A stretch of 64,000 bases of DNA from an uncultured Gemmatimonadales bacterium (GTDB lineage Bacteria > Gemmatimonadota > Gemmatimonadetes > Longimicrobiales > RSA9), in assembly GCA_963816355.1 (NCBI GenBank), contig CAWFKH010000003.1, positions 1,280,001-1,344,000 on the forward strand. The letters are read 5' to 3'. How positions within the stretch are numbered: the stretch's first letter is position 1; each line of letters starts with the position of its first letter. Shown piece by piece: positions 39,553 through 54,521 of the stretch. The translations under genes and the position numbers were made by a program. The notes below the pieces were generated by a model. The model saw only the letters and a program-made list of their open reading frames with translations, made no database searches and had not been told where the DNA came from.

Positions 39553-42504
39553 GTGGCCCGGAAGAACGCGGAATCGCATCAGGTCGAGGCGGGATCGCCC
39601 GACCCACGTCCGCTCACCCGCCGCAGCTTCCTCGCGCAGGCGGGCCAGCTCGGCGGTGGCATGCTGATCGTGCCGGGATTGGGGGGCATCTTCGATCCCG
39701 GCGCGGCCACCGGCGCGGCCACCGGCGCGGCGCCGGCGACGGAGGCGGGCGCGGCGACCGCTGCACCCGGCTTCACCGCCGCGGCGGGGCCGCTGCCGGA
39801 GCGTCTCTACGCGGGCCTGGAGTGGCGGATGCTCGGGCCGTTCCGCGGCGGGCGCGTGGACGCGGTCACCGGCGTGCCCGGCCGGCCGAACGAATTCTAC
39901 TTCGGGCACGTGAACGCGGGTGTGTGGAAGACGGTGGACGCGGGCCGGGTCTGGGAACCGGTCTTCGACGCTCAGCCGGTGGCGTCGATCGGAGCGATCG
40001 CGGTCGCGCCGTCGTCGCCGGATGTCATGTACGTGGGCAGCGGCGAATCGACGCTGCGCGATTCCGTGGGATACGGCGACGGCGTCTACCGAACGAGTGA
40101 CGGCGGCCGCACGTGGACGCACCTCGGCCTCGAAGCGACCCAGCACATCGGCAAGGTCGCGGTGCACCCGAAGGATCCCGACACCGTCTTCGTCGCTGCG
40201 ATCGGGCACTTCTACGCAGCGAATCCGGAGCGCGGCGTGTTCCGCTCGAGGGACGGCGGCCGGAGCTGGCAGAAGGTGCTCTTCAAGGGACCGGACGTGG
40301 GCGCGGTCGAGGTCGTCATCGATCCGACGAACCCGGACGTCGTCTACGCGGGCTTGTGGAATACGCGGCGCCCGCCGTGGTTCGTGTACCCGCCGACGAA
40401 CGGCCCCGGTGGCGGCATCTACAAGTCGACTGATGGCGGCGACACGTGGACTCCGCTGACCGCCGGGCTTCCTGCGGAGGGGATCGGCCGCACCGGGATC
40501 GCGGTGGCGCCGACCGATCCGAATCGCGTCTACGCGCTGGTCGACTGCCTGCTGCCGGAGCCGGGCGCGAAGCCGACGGCACCGGCGGCGGCGAACTTCG
40601 GACAGGGGGACGGCACGCCGCGGCAAGGCGGCTTCTTCCGCTCCGACGACGGGGGCGCCACATGGCGCCGGCTCTCCTCCGACATGGCCCTGTGGGGGCG
40701 CGGCTGGTACTTCGAGCACGTGGTCGTCGATCCCACCGACGCGGACGTCGTCTACGTGTCGAACGTGTCCGTCTCGCGCTCCATGGACGGCGGCCGGACG
40801 TGGGTGGCGCTGCGCGGCTCGCCCGGCGGCGACGACTATCACCAGGCGTGGATCTCGCCGGACGATCCGAACACGATGATCGTCGCGAGCGACCAGGGCT
40901 GCATCATCACGCGCAACGCGAAGACTCACGATCCCCGCCAGGTGACGTGGAGCTCCTGGCTGAACCAGCCGACGGCGCAGATCTACCACGTGTCCGTCGA
41001 CCCGCGCGTGCCCTACTGGGTCACCGGCGCGCAGCAGGACAGCGGCGCCGTCGCGGTGCGCTCGCGCGGCAAGTTCGGCGAGATCTCGATGCGGGACTGG
41101 GAGCCGATCGGCGCGGGCGGCGAGAGCGGGTACACGGCGGGCGACCCGCTGCACCCCGGCATCGTGTACGGCGGCACGGGGAGCCGCTACGACCTCGCGC
41201 TGAACCGCGACGTGCCCGGCACCACGGCGCCGCAATCGAAGGAGAAGGTGCCGGCGCGGCGCGACTGGACGCAGCCGCTGGTGCTCTCGCCGGCGGACCC
41301 GCGCGCGCTCTATTACGCGGATCAGTTCGTCTTCCGCTCGAACGACGGCGCGCGCTCCTGGACGCAGATCAGCGGCGACCTGACGCGCCCGGACCCGGGC
41401 GTCCCCTCCACCCTCGACGCCGCCGCCGCGGCGGACGTCGATCCGACGCGCAACGGCAAGCGCGGCGTCGTCTATACGATCGCACCCTCGCCGCTCCTCG
41501 TCCCGATGGTGTGGGTGGGCACCGACGACGGCCTCGTCCACGTCACGACGGACGGCGGCGCGTCGTGGCGCGACGTGACGCCGAAGCCGCTCACGCCGTG
41601 GAGCCGCGTGACGATGATCGAGGCGTCGCACTTCGACTTCGGCACCGCGTACGCAAGCGTCGACCGGCACCAGTTGCAGGACTTCGATCCCTACATCTAC
41701 CGCACGCGCGATCAGGGCCGCACGTGGCAGCGGATCACCGAGGGGCTGCCCGCCGGCGTCTACGTGCACACCGTCAAGGAGGACCCGGAGCGCCGTGGCC
41801 TGCTCTTCGCCGGCACCGAGCGTGGCGCCTTCGTCTCCTTCGACGACGGCGACCACTGGCAGCCGCTGCAGCTCAACCTGCCCGTGACGTCGGTGCGCGA
41901 TTTCCAGGCGTACGGTCAGGACCTGATCGTCGCCACGCACGGCCGCGGCTTCTGGGTGATCGACGACATGAGTCCGCTGCGGCAGGTGAGCGCAGAGATC
42001 GCAGCGTCCGATGCACACCTCTTCCAGCCGGCGGACGCGATCGACTTCGACCAGGGCGGCGACAACGGCACCCCTCTGCAGAAGGACGAGCCGCAGGCGG
42101 AGAACCCACCGGCGGGAGCCTACCTCTACTACTACCTCGGCAAGAAGCCGGCAGGCCCTGTGACCCTCGAGATCCTCGATGGCGACGGCGCCACGCTGCA
42201 CACGTTCTCGAGCGCCACCGAGCCGGCCGCCGCGGGCGCGGGCGGCGCCGCTCGCGCAGACGGCATTCCGAACACGTCTCCGCTGTGGCGCCCGCCACCG
42301 GTCCCCTTCTCCGCCGAGCCGGGGCTCCACCGCGCCGTGTGGCGCCCGAACACCGGCGGCCGCCGCGGCTTCGGCCGCCGCCGCGGACCGGAGGAGCCGG
42401 TCGTGAGCCTGCCGCGCACCTTCTCGGCCAGGCTCACGGTCGACGGCCGCACCTACACGCGCTCCTTCTCCGTACAGCCGGACCCGAGCTCGCCCGCCGG
42501 CTGA
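39553..42504 (+). CDS. Tat-exported BNR/VPS10-type beta-propeller protein (putative glycosyl hydrolase)
   Basis: TRRSFL twin-arginine motif; WRMLGPFRGGR; many S.DGG.TW Asp-boxes; ATHGRGFW. Confidence 0.85.
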   Translation: MARKNAESHQVEAGSPDPRPLTRRSFLAQAGQLGGGMLIVPGLGGIFDPGAATGAATGAAPATEAGAATAAPGFTAAAGPLPERLYAGLEWRMLGPFRGGRVDAVTGVPGRPNEFYFGHVNAGVWKTVDAGRVWEPVFDAQPVASIGAIAVAPSSPDVMYVGSGESTLRDSVGYGDGVYRTSDGGRTWTHLGLEATQHIGKVAVHPKDPDTVFVAAIGHFYAANPERGVFRSRDGGRSWQKVLFKGPDVGAVEVVIDPTNPDVVYAGLWNTRRPPWFVYPPTNGPGGGIYKSTDGGDTWTPLTAGLPAEGIGRTGIAVAPTDPNRVYALVDCLLPEPGAKPTAPAAANFGQGDGTPRQGGFFRSDDGGATWRRLSSDMALWGRGWYFEHVVVDPTDADVVYVSNVSVSRSMDGGRTWVALRGSPGGDDYHQAWISPDDPNTMIVASDQGCIITRNAKTHDPRQVTWSSWLNQPTAQIYHVSVDPRVPYWVTGAQQDSGAVAVRSRGKFGEISMRDWEPIGAGGESGYTAGDPLHPGIVYGGTGSRYDLALNRDVPGTTAPQSKEKVPARRDWTQPLVLSPADPRALYYADQFVFRSNDGARSWTQISGDLTRPDPGVPSTLDAAAAADVDPTRNGKRGVVYTIAPSPLLVPMVWVGTDDGLVHVTTDGGASWRDVTPKPLTPWSRVTMIEASHFDFGTAYASVDRHQLQDFDPYIYRTRDQGRTWQRITEGLPAGVYVHTVKEDPERRGLLFAGTERGAFVSFDDGDHWQPLQLNLPVTSVRDFQAYGQDLIVATHGRGFWVIDDMSPLRQVSAEIAASDAHLFQPADAIDFDQGGDNGTPLQKDEPQAENPPAGAYLYYYLGKKPAGPVTLEILDGDGATLHTFSSATEPAAAGAGGAARADGIPNTSPLWRPPPVPFSAEPGLHRAVWRPNTGGRRGFGRRRGPEEPVVSLPRTFSARLTVDGRTYTRSFSVQPDPSSPAG

Positions 42505-42681
42505 GCCGCGCCGCTATGGACCGCGGCACGGCCGCTCCGGGGAACCGGCCTTCCCACCCCGCGCGTTAGCGGCACAGGAGCCGGTGGCGGATTCGTCCGC
42601 CATCGCTCCGCCGCCAGGCAGCGCCACGACGCCGCATCCGGCGCCCGCGGCGCGCAACCGCGAACGCGAGGGAGGAAAGCG

Positions 42682-43239
42682 ATGCGATCGACTCGGATCC
42701 TGATCGGCGCGGCCGCCGTGCTGCTCACGCTGGGGTGTCAGAACGAGAATACGACGACGTCGCTGGCCGCGGGCACTCCGGCCGCCGACCGATCTTCGCG
42801 ACAGGACGGTGACCACGGCGTCGCCGACGGCGAGGCCACCCTCGACTTCCGCGGCATGGTCGGCAATGTGCTCACCGGCCAGACCGGTTCGCTGCGGGAT
42901 CTGCAGGCGGGCGGCCTGCCGTGGGTGGTGCGGCGCGCGCGCGCTCGGCTCACCGAGGACGGCCGGCTTCGCGTCGACGTCGAGGGCCTGGTCCTCGCCG
43001 CCGGTCCCCTGGCCGGAACCAACCCGATCCCGCAGTTTCGCGCCGTCCTGAGCTGCCGGACCGAGAACGCCGCGGGCACCGGCTACGATACGGTCAACGT
43101 CGCCAGCGCACCGGTCACGGCCTCCAGCGACGGCAACGCCCGCATCGACGTCCGTCTCGACGGCGTTCCCGAGCGCTGCCTCGCGCCGGCAATCTTCGTG
43201 ACCTCGCCCGGCCTGCAATGGTTCGCCGTGGCCGGCTGA
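42682..43239 (+). CDS. Hypothetical lipoprotein
   Basis: RBS GGAGGA; lipobox LTLGC; globular beta-rich domain with two further Cys. Confidence 0.7.
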   Translation: MRSTRILIGAAAVLLTLGCQNENTTTSLAAGTPAADRSSRQDGDHGVADGEATLDFRGMVGNVLTGQTGSLRDLQAGGLPWVVRRARARLTEDGRLRVDVEGLVLAAGPLAGTNPIPQFRAVLSCRTENAAGTGYDTVNVASAPVTASSDGNARIDVRLDGVPERCLAPAIFVTSPGLQWFAVAG

Positions 43240-43250
43240 AGCCCACCCGA

Positions 43251-43282
43251 AGGGGCGGCCGCCGCGAACCGGCGCCGCCCCC
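43251..43282 (+). terminator. GC-rich hairpin after the lipoprotein gene (no U tract)
   Basis: AGGGGCGGC...GCCGCCCCT inverted repeat. Confidence 0.3.
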
Positions 43283-43396
43283 TCGCGGCCTCCTCCAACG
43301 CCCCGCGCGGCTTGCCCCGACCCCGCCCCGCCCCCACCTTCCCGCCACGCGCGTCGCGTGGTGCGCCGCGCCGTCCCCGAATCGCGTCGACTCGCC

Positions 43397-45832
<2,436 letters not shown>

Positions 45833-45952
45833 GGCGGCCGCCACGCCCTCCCCCGGCGACGAGCCTAGGATGGGCGAACGCGCGCCGACGTGCCGCGGAG
45901 CCGGGGAACTCCGCGCGCGCCGACGCGCGCTCGATACGACGCGGGAAGGCGG

Positions 45953-46420
45953 CTAGGCGTGCGACGCCACCGCGCCGACCGCCGCCGCAGCGCCACGCGG
46001 CACCGCCGCGCGCCGGCTCCGCGGGAGGAGCGCCGGCCTGGAGGCGACGCGGAGCGGCCGCAGGAGACCGGCCAGCGCGTCGTGCAGCGCCTCCGGTGCC
46101 GTCGGCTTCTCGAGAAAGAGATCGCACCCTTCGGCGATCGCGTGCTCGCGTGTCCGCGGCCACGTCCACGTCGTATGCGCGACGATCGCCGGCCGATAGC
46201 CGGGGAAGCTGCCGCGGACCGCAGCGCACACGGTTCGCCCGTCCCGGAGCGGGATCGGGTAGGCGCTCACGATGGCATCCGGCCGGTCGGCGCCGATCAG
46301 CGCGAGCGCCTCCTCGCCGCCACTGGCGCGCAGGACCCGGAACCCTTCCCCTTCGAAATAGGCCGCGTAGCGATCGCGGGATTCCACATCGTCGTCGAGC
46401 AGCAACAGAGTCGGGATCAT
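45953..46420 (-). CDS. Single-domain receiver protein lacking the phosphoacceptor Asp
   Basis: LLLDDD, GEEAL, PDAIVSA (Ala where Asp is expected), DG, FLEKP; start could be GTG 46447. Confidence 0.75.
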   Translation of the reverse strand: MIPTLLLLDDDVESRDRYAAYFEGEGFRVLRASGGEEALALIGADRPDAIVSAYPIPLRDGRTVCAAVRGSFPGYRPAIVAHTTWTWPRTREHAIAEGCDLFLEKPTAPEALHDALAGLLRPLRVASRPALLPRSRRAAVPRGAAAAVGAVASHA

Positions 46421-46468
46421 CAGCGCAGCCGCATGGGGTATCGTCACTTGCGAACGGTCATCGGCTCA

Positions 46469-46484
46469 TGCACCCGCGGTGCCA
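46469..46484 (-). promoter_or_regulatory. Putative sigma54 promoter of the receiver gene
   Basis: TGGCAC-CGCGG-GTGCA, near consensus. Confidence 0.6.
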
Positions 46485-46601
46485 CGTCCATGAGGCGCGC
46501 CCGAAGCGCCGAAAAGCGGCGGCACGCGGTGGAAATCCCCCGCTCGCCCAAGCGGCGCGCGTCGGCGACGGCGGCCGGTATGCGGCCGTTCCGCCGCACA
46601 C

Positions 46602-46619
46602 TGTTGCTCCGCCGCAACA
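46602..46619. promoter_or_regulatory. Palindrome, candidate enhancer-binding protein site
   Basis: TGTTGC-N6-GCAACA about 120 bp upstream of the -24 element. Confidence 0.4.
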
Positions 46620-46698
46620 TGGGAAGCGCGCCTTGCCACGGTTCCCGCGATGCATCAGGTTGCGGTCTTTCACCTTCCCAGGTTTCGAGAACGAGTCC

Positions 46699-48078
46699 AT
46701 GTGCGGAATCGTCGCCGTAAGCGGAATCGAGCACGCGGCGGAGCTCGCCTTTCTGGGTCTGTACGCTCTGCAGCATCGGGGACAGGAGGCGGCGGGGATC
46801 GCGAGCGTGGACGCGGGCGCGGCGACGCACGTGCACAAGGCGGCAGGGCTGGTCTCCGACTCGTTCGACGATCGGGACCTTTCGGGCCTGCCGGGGCACA
46901 CGGCGCTGGGGCACACGCGGTATTCGACGGCCGGGGGGCCCGGGCTGGTGAACGCGCAGCCGATCGTGGTGCGGTACCGGGAGGGGGACCTGGCCCTGGT
47001 CCACAACGGCAACATCACGAACGCCCGGAAGCTGCGGGCGGGGCTGGTGGGCGACGGTGCGATCCTGCAGGCGACGATCGACTCGGAAGTGATCGTGCAT
47101 CTGATCGCGCGCTCGCGCGAGGCGACGCCGGAAGACCAGATCCGGGACGCGCTGACGCGGCTCACGGGTGCGTACTCCGTCCTGATCACGGTGGGTGACA
47201 CGCTGTACGCGGCGCGCGATCCGTGGGGCTTCAGGCCGCTGGTGCTGGGCCGGCGGGGCGAGGGCTTCGTTCTGGCGAGCGAATCGTGCGCGCTCGACAT
47301 CATGCGGGCGGACTTCGTCTGTGAGGTCCAGCCGGGCGAGGTGCTGAAGATCAGGGGCGGGGAGATCACGCCGCTGCCGAAGCTCGCCGCGCGGGGCCGC
47401 GTCGCGCCGTGCGTGTTCGAGCTGATCTACTTCGCCCGCCCGGACTCGGTGATGTGGAACGTGAGCGTGGACCGGGCGCGGCGGGCGTTCGGTCGGCAGC
47501 TCGCGCGGGAGCACCCGGTCGAGGCAGACTGCGTCTTCAGCGTGCCCGACTCGTCGAACTCGGCCGCGCTCGGTTTCGCGGAGGAAAGCGGCATACCGCT
47601 GGAGCTCGGGCTGATCCGCAACCACTACGTGGGGCGCACGTTCATCCATCCGACGCAGGCGGGGCGCGATTTCCGGGTCCGCATCAAGTACAATCCGGTG
47701 CGCGAGGTGATCCATGGCCGCCGCGTCGTGGTGGTCGACGACTCGCTGGTGCGCGGCACGACGAGCCGCGGCCTGATCGCGATGATCCGCGAGGCGGGCG
47801 CCGAGGAGGTCCACTTCCGCGTCGCCTCGCCACCGGTCCGCAACCCCTGCTACTACGGCATCGACATGCCGACGCGGGAGGAGCTGATCGGCGCGCGTCT
47901 TTCGGTCGACGAGATCCGCGAACACCTCGACGTCGACTCGCTCGGCTATCTCTCGATGGATGGAATGCACGCCGTCATGGGCGAGCACGGTCCCTTCTGC
48001 GACGCCTGCTTCTCCGGTGACTACACGGCGCCGCTCGTCGATCTCGAAGAGGGCTACGGCGCCGAAAGCCACTGCTGA
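46699..48078 (+). CDS. purF: Amidophosphoribosyltransferase
   Basis: MCGI, LQHRGQ, GHTRYST, HNGN, FELIYFARPDS, VDDSLVRGTT, YGIDMP. Confidence 0.96.
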   Translation: MCGIVAVSGIEHAAELAFLGLYALQHRGQEAAGIASVDAGAATHVHKAAGLVSDSFDDRDLSGLPGHTALGHTRYSTAGGPGLVNAQPIVVRYREGDLALVHNGNITNARKLRAGLVGDGAILQATIDSEVIVHLIARSREATPEDQIRDALTRLTGAYSVLITVGDTLYAARDPWGFRPLVLGRRGEGFVLASESCALDIMRADFVCEVQPGEVLKIRGGEITPLPKLAARGRVAPCVFELIYFARPDSVMWNVSVDRARRAFGRQLAREHPVEADCVFSVPDSSNSAALGFAEESGIPLELGLIRNHYVGRTFIHPTQAGRDFRVRIKYNPVREVIHGRRVVVVDDSLVRGTTSRGLIAMIREAGAEEVHFRVASPPVRNPCYYGIDMPTREELIGARLSVDEIREHLDVDSLGYLSMDGMHAVMGEHGPFCDACFSGDYTAPLVDLEEGYGAESHC

Positions 48079-48133
48079 GCCCCACCGCGCTCGGCGCGGG
48101 TCCTCCACTGAAACCCTCCACGCCGGAGCTGCG

Positions 48134-50122
48134 ATGGCCACCCTGAAGCGAGAGCCCGCGCGCGTCGAGCCCTTCGTCCCGGCCTCGGAGTCGCTGCCGG
48201 AGATCACGGTCAAGGCGGTCGTCCTCGGCGTGATTCTGGCGCTCGTGCTGGCCGGGGCGAACGCCTACCTCGGCCTCTTCGCCGGGATGACGGTGTCGGC
48301 GTCGATTCCCGCGGCGGTGATCTCGATGGGCGTGCTGCGGTTCTTCCGGCGCTCGAACATCCTGGAAAACAACATCGTCCAGACGTGCGCCAGCGCGGGC
48401 GAGGCGCTCGCGGCGGGCGTGATCTTCACCCTGCCCGCGCTGATCCTGCTCGGCAGCTGGGCTCGCTTCGATTTCCTGCAGACGGCGCTCATCGCCGGCT
48501 TCGGAGGCGTTCTCGGCGTGATGTTCACGGTCCCGCTTCGACGTGCACTGATCGTGGAGCAGCCGCTGCAGTTCCCGGAAGGGATCGCATGCGCGCAGGT
48601 GCTCGAGACGGGTGAGCGCGGCGGCTCCGGCGTGAAGTACGTGGCGTGGGCGGCGATCGCGGCGGCGCTCTTCAAGTTCGGCCAGACCGGACTGCGGCTG
48701 TGGGGCGAGACGGCGGAGTGGGCGGGCGGCCTCTTCGGCCGGCGCAGCATCGCCTACATCGGCACGAACCTGTCGCCGGCGCTCGTGGCGGTCGGCTACA
48801 TCGTCGGTCTCAACATCGCGGTGCTCGTCTTCCTCGGCGGCGCGCTCAACTGGTGGGTCGCGATCCCTGCGCTGACCTGGCTGCACGGCGGCATTCCGGC
48901 GGGCCAGACGGCCGCGGGATACGCGGGGGACCTGTGGTCGACGCAGACGCGCTATCTCGGCGTCGGCGCGATGGTGGTGGGGGGGCTGTGGGCGCTGGTG
49001 CGCATGGGCGGCAGCGTGATCACGGGGATCCGTTCCGGCGTGGAGGCGTACCGCCACGTCCGCGCGGGTGGCGTCGCGGTGCGCACGGAGCGGGACCTGC
49101 CGATGCAATGGGTGCTGATCGCCGTCGTCGTCTCGATCCTGCCGCTCTACTTCATCTACCACCTCCTCGTCGGCTCCGTCGGGATGAGCCTGAGCATGGC
49201 CATCATCATGGTGATCGGCGGCTTCCTCTTCTCGGCGGTGTCCGGCTACATGACCGGGCTGGTCGGCTCCTCCAACAACCCGATCTCCGGCGTAACGATC
49301 GCGACGATCCTCTTCGCGTCGCTGCTACTGCTCGTCCTCTTCGGCCGCGAACACGCCGCGGGTCCCGCCGCAGCGATCCTGATCGGCGCCGTGGTGGCGT
49401 GCGCCGCCGCGATCGCGGGCGACAACCTCCACGACCTGAAGACCGGCTATCTGCTCGGGGCCACGCCGTGGAAGCAGCAGCTCATGCTGATCGTCGGCAC
49501 GCTCGTCTCCGCCCTCGTCATGGCGCCCGTGCTGAACCTGCTGCTCGAGGCCTACGGCATCGGGCCGCAGACGGCGGCTCACCCGCAATCCCTCACCGCG
49601 CCACAGGCCACGCTCATGGCGGCGGTCGCGAAGGGCGTCTTCGGCGGCGGCCTGCCGTGGGCGATGGTGTTCATCGGCATGGGACTCGGCGTCGCGATCA
49701 TCCTCTTCGACCTCTGGCTGGAGAGCCGCGAAGCGAGCTTCCGCGCACCCATCCTGGCCGTCGCCGTGGGAATCTACCTGCCGCTCGAGCTCAGCACGCC
49801 GATCCTGGTCGGCGGCGTGGTCGCGTACCTCGTCGGACGGTCGATGCGCAAGAGCGCCGCGGCCGGAGCGCCCGCGACGCCGGGCACGGAAGGCGCGCCG
49901 GGCGGAGAGGCGCCGGCGGGGCAGCACGGGCTGCTCATCGCCTCCGGGCTGATCACCGGCGAAGCGCTCGTCGGCATCGCGATGGCGATCCCGATCGTCG
50001 TCGCCAAACGCTCCGACGTCTTCGCGTTCTGGGGGGTGCAGAGCGCCGTCTGGCCCGGGCTCCTGCTGCTCGCCCTGATCGTGGGCGGCCTCTATCGCGG
50101 CGGCGTGACGCGGGAGGCGTAA
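48134..50122 (+). CDS. OPT family oligopeptide transporter
   Basis: NAYLGL..GMTVSASIPAAVIS, ENNIVQT, FPEG, GSSNNPISG, DLKTG, APQATLM. Confidence 0.93.
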   Translation: MATLKREPARVEPFVPASESLPEITVKAVVLGVILALVLAGANAYLGLFAGMTVSASIPAAVISMGVLRFFRRSNILENNIVQTCASAGEALAAGVIFTLPALILLGSWARFDFLQTALIAGFGGVLGVMFTVPLRRALIVEQPLQFPEGIACAQVLETGERGGSGVKYVAWAAIAAALFKFGQTGLRLWGETAEWAGGLFGRRSIAYIGTNLSPALVAVGYIVGLNIAVLVFLGGALNWWVAIPALTWLHGGIPAGQTAAGYAGDLWSTQTRYLGVGAMVVGGLWALVRMGGSVITGIRSGVEAYRHVRAGGVAVRTERDLPMQWVLIAVVVSILPLYFIYHLLVGSVGMSLSMAIIMVIGGFLFSAVSGYMTGLVGSSNNPISGVTIATILFASLLLLVLFGREHAAGPAAAILIGAVVACAAAIAGDNLHDLKTGYLLGATPWKQQLMLIVGTLVSALVMAPVLNLLLEAYGIGPQTAAHPQSLTAPQATLMAAVAKGVFGGGLPWAMVFIGMGLGVAIILFDLWLESREASFRAPILAVAVGIYLPLELSTPILVGGVVAYLVGRSMRKSAAAGAPATPGTEGAPGGEAPAGQHGLLIASGLITGEALVGIAMAIPIVVAKRSDVFAFWGVQSAVWPGLLLLALIVGGLYRGGVTREA

Positions 50123-50136
50123 CGGGCCGGACCCGC

Positions 50137-50424
50137 CTAGCCTGCCCGGAGGAAACGCTGCGCCATGCGCATGAAGCGCACGTCCTGCTTCTCCTCCGGC
50201 AGGGCGCGCTCCTTCTCCAGGAGGTGCCGTACGTGGCCGCGCAGGTCCGGCTCGCCCCAGCGGTAGCCGGTCGCCTCCTCGGCGCTCCGCGTGTCCCCGT
50301 CGCGCGCCGCCTCGAGGAGCGCGAGCGCCGCCGCGGCGGGGTAGGACGGGTCGTCGACGGGCGGAAGCGCGAAGTGGCGCGGCGGCCGGGCGTCGGCGTC
50401 CTCGTTGACGAATGCGCGTGACAT
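50137..50424 (-). CDS. Small hypothetical protein starting MSRAFVNED
   Basis: ATG after AGGAGG; 95 aa; coding-like composition. Confidence 0.7.
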   Translation of the reverse strand: MSRAFVNEDADARPPRHFALPPVDDPSYPAAAALALLEAARDGDTRSAEEATGYRWGEPDLRGHVRHLLEKERALPEEKQDVRFMRMAQRFLRAG

Positions 50425-50530
50425 CGCGAGCCCTCCTGGCCGATCCGTTCGAGCACCGGAGCGGTCCACCGTTGCGGATCCGGACCCTCCTCCTCCCTCT
50501 ACCCCTTACACGGTTTCGGGTTTTTTCCGC

Positions 50531-50546
50531 TGGCGCGGTTCTTGTT
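50531..50546 (+). promoter_or_regulatory. Possible sigma54 promoter of ppdK
   Basis: TGGCGCG-GTTC-TTGTT (one mismatch at -12). Confidence 0.35.
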
Positions 50547-50632
50547 CAGGCCTCAAGGTGCGGTCGCGCAGCCTGACCGCGTGCCCGAACCGAAGAAACA
50601 CCGACGCCACGACGCGGAAACCAGGGGAAAAA

Positions 50633-53410
<2,778 letters not shown>

Positions 53411-53423
53411 CGGGAGACCCCAC

Positions 53424-54485
53424 GTGACCCACCTGGACCGCGAGCTGCTGCGCAGGCTGCCGAAGACGGACCTCCACGTCCATCTCGACGGCAGTGTGCG
53501 CCCGGAGACGCTGCTCGAGCTCGGCGCCGCGTACGGCGTTCCGATGCCACGCGACGAGCCGGAGGCGCTACGGGAGTTCATGCACGTCCGGGACGCGCGC
53601 AACCTCGAGGACTATCTCGCCCGCTTCGACACCACGCTCTCGGTGATGCAGACGGCGGACGCCCTCGAGCGGATCGCGTACGAGCTGGCCGAGGACGCCG
53701 CCGCGGAGAACGTGCGCTACATGGAGGTCCGCTACTCGCCGATCCTCAACGTTCGCGAGGGGCTCTCCCTGGAGGAGACGGTCGCCGCGCCGTTGCGTGG
53801 ACTGGCGCGTGCGGAGGCAGAGTTCGAGATCCGCACCGGCATCATCCTCTGCGGCATCCGCAACATGAGCCCGGGGACGTCGAGCGAGCTCGCGGACCTG
53901 ACGGTCGCCTTCAAAAATCGCGGCGTCGTCGCCTTCGACCTGGCCGGTGCCGAGTACAACTACCCGGCGAAGCGGCATCGCGACGCATTCTACCGCGTGA
54001 TCAACGCCAACATGGCGGCGACGATCCACGCCGGCGAGGCGTACGGCCCGGAGTCGATCCACCAGGCGCTGCACTACTGCAACGCGAACCGCATCGGGCA
54101 CGGCACGCGCCTCTTCGAAGACCCTGAGCTGATGCGATACGTGAACGACTTCCGCGTGCCGCTCGAGATCTGCCTCACGTCGAACGTGCAGACGCGCGCC
54201 GTCGCGAGCTTCGAGGAGCACCCGCTCCGCCTCTACTACGACGCCGGCCTCGTCGTCACGCTCAACACCGACAACCGCCTCATGAGCGCGACGACCGTCA
54301 CGGAGGAGTACTGGCGCGCACACCGCCACCTCGGTTTCACGCTCGGGGAGCTGTGCGACATCGCGGTGATGGGGTTCGAGAGCGCGTTCCTGCCGCACCG
54401 CGACAAGGGCGCGCTCGTCGCCGAAGTGCGCGATGAGATCGCCGCGATCACCGGCACCCGTCCCGTCGAGCAGTCGACCCCCTGA
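53424..54485 (+). CDS. add: Adenosine deaminase
   Basis: PKTDLHVHLDGS, HAGE, RIGHG, CLTSN, NTDN. Confidence 0.93.
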   Translation: MTHLDRELLRRLPKTDLHVHLDGSVRPETLLELGAAYGVPMPRDEPEALREFMHVRDARNLEDYLARFDTTLSVMQTADALERIAYELAEDAAAENVRYMEVRYSPILNVREGLSLEETVAAPLRGLARAEAEFEIRTGIILCGIRNMSPGTSSELADLTVAFKNRGVVAFDLAGAEYNYPAKRHRDAFYRVINANMAATIHAGEAYGPESIHQALHYCNANRIGHGTRLFEDPELMRYVNDFRVPLEICLTSNVQTRAVASFEEHPLRLYYDAGLVVTLNTDNRLMSATTVTEEYWRAHRHLGFTLGELCDIAVMGFESAFLPHRDKGALVAEVRDEIAAITGTRPVEQSTP

Positions 54486-54521
54486 TCCCACCAGGAAAGC
54501 GGCCCGGACCCCGCGACCCCT

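Noticed and set aside
46485..46698. Purine-related riboswitch upstream of purF
   Set aside because: No recognisable purine, ZTP or PRPP aptamer consensus
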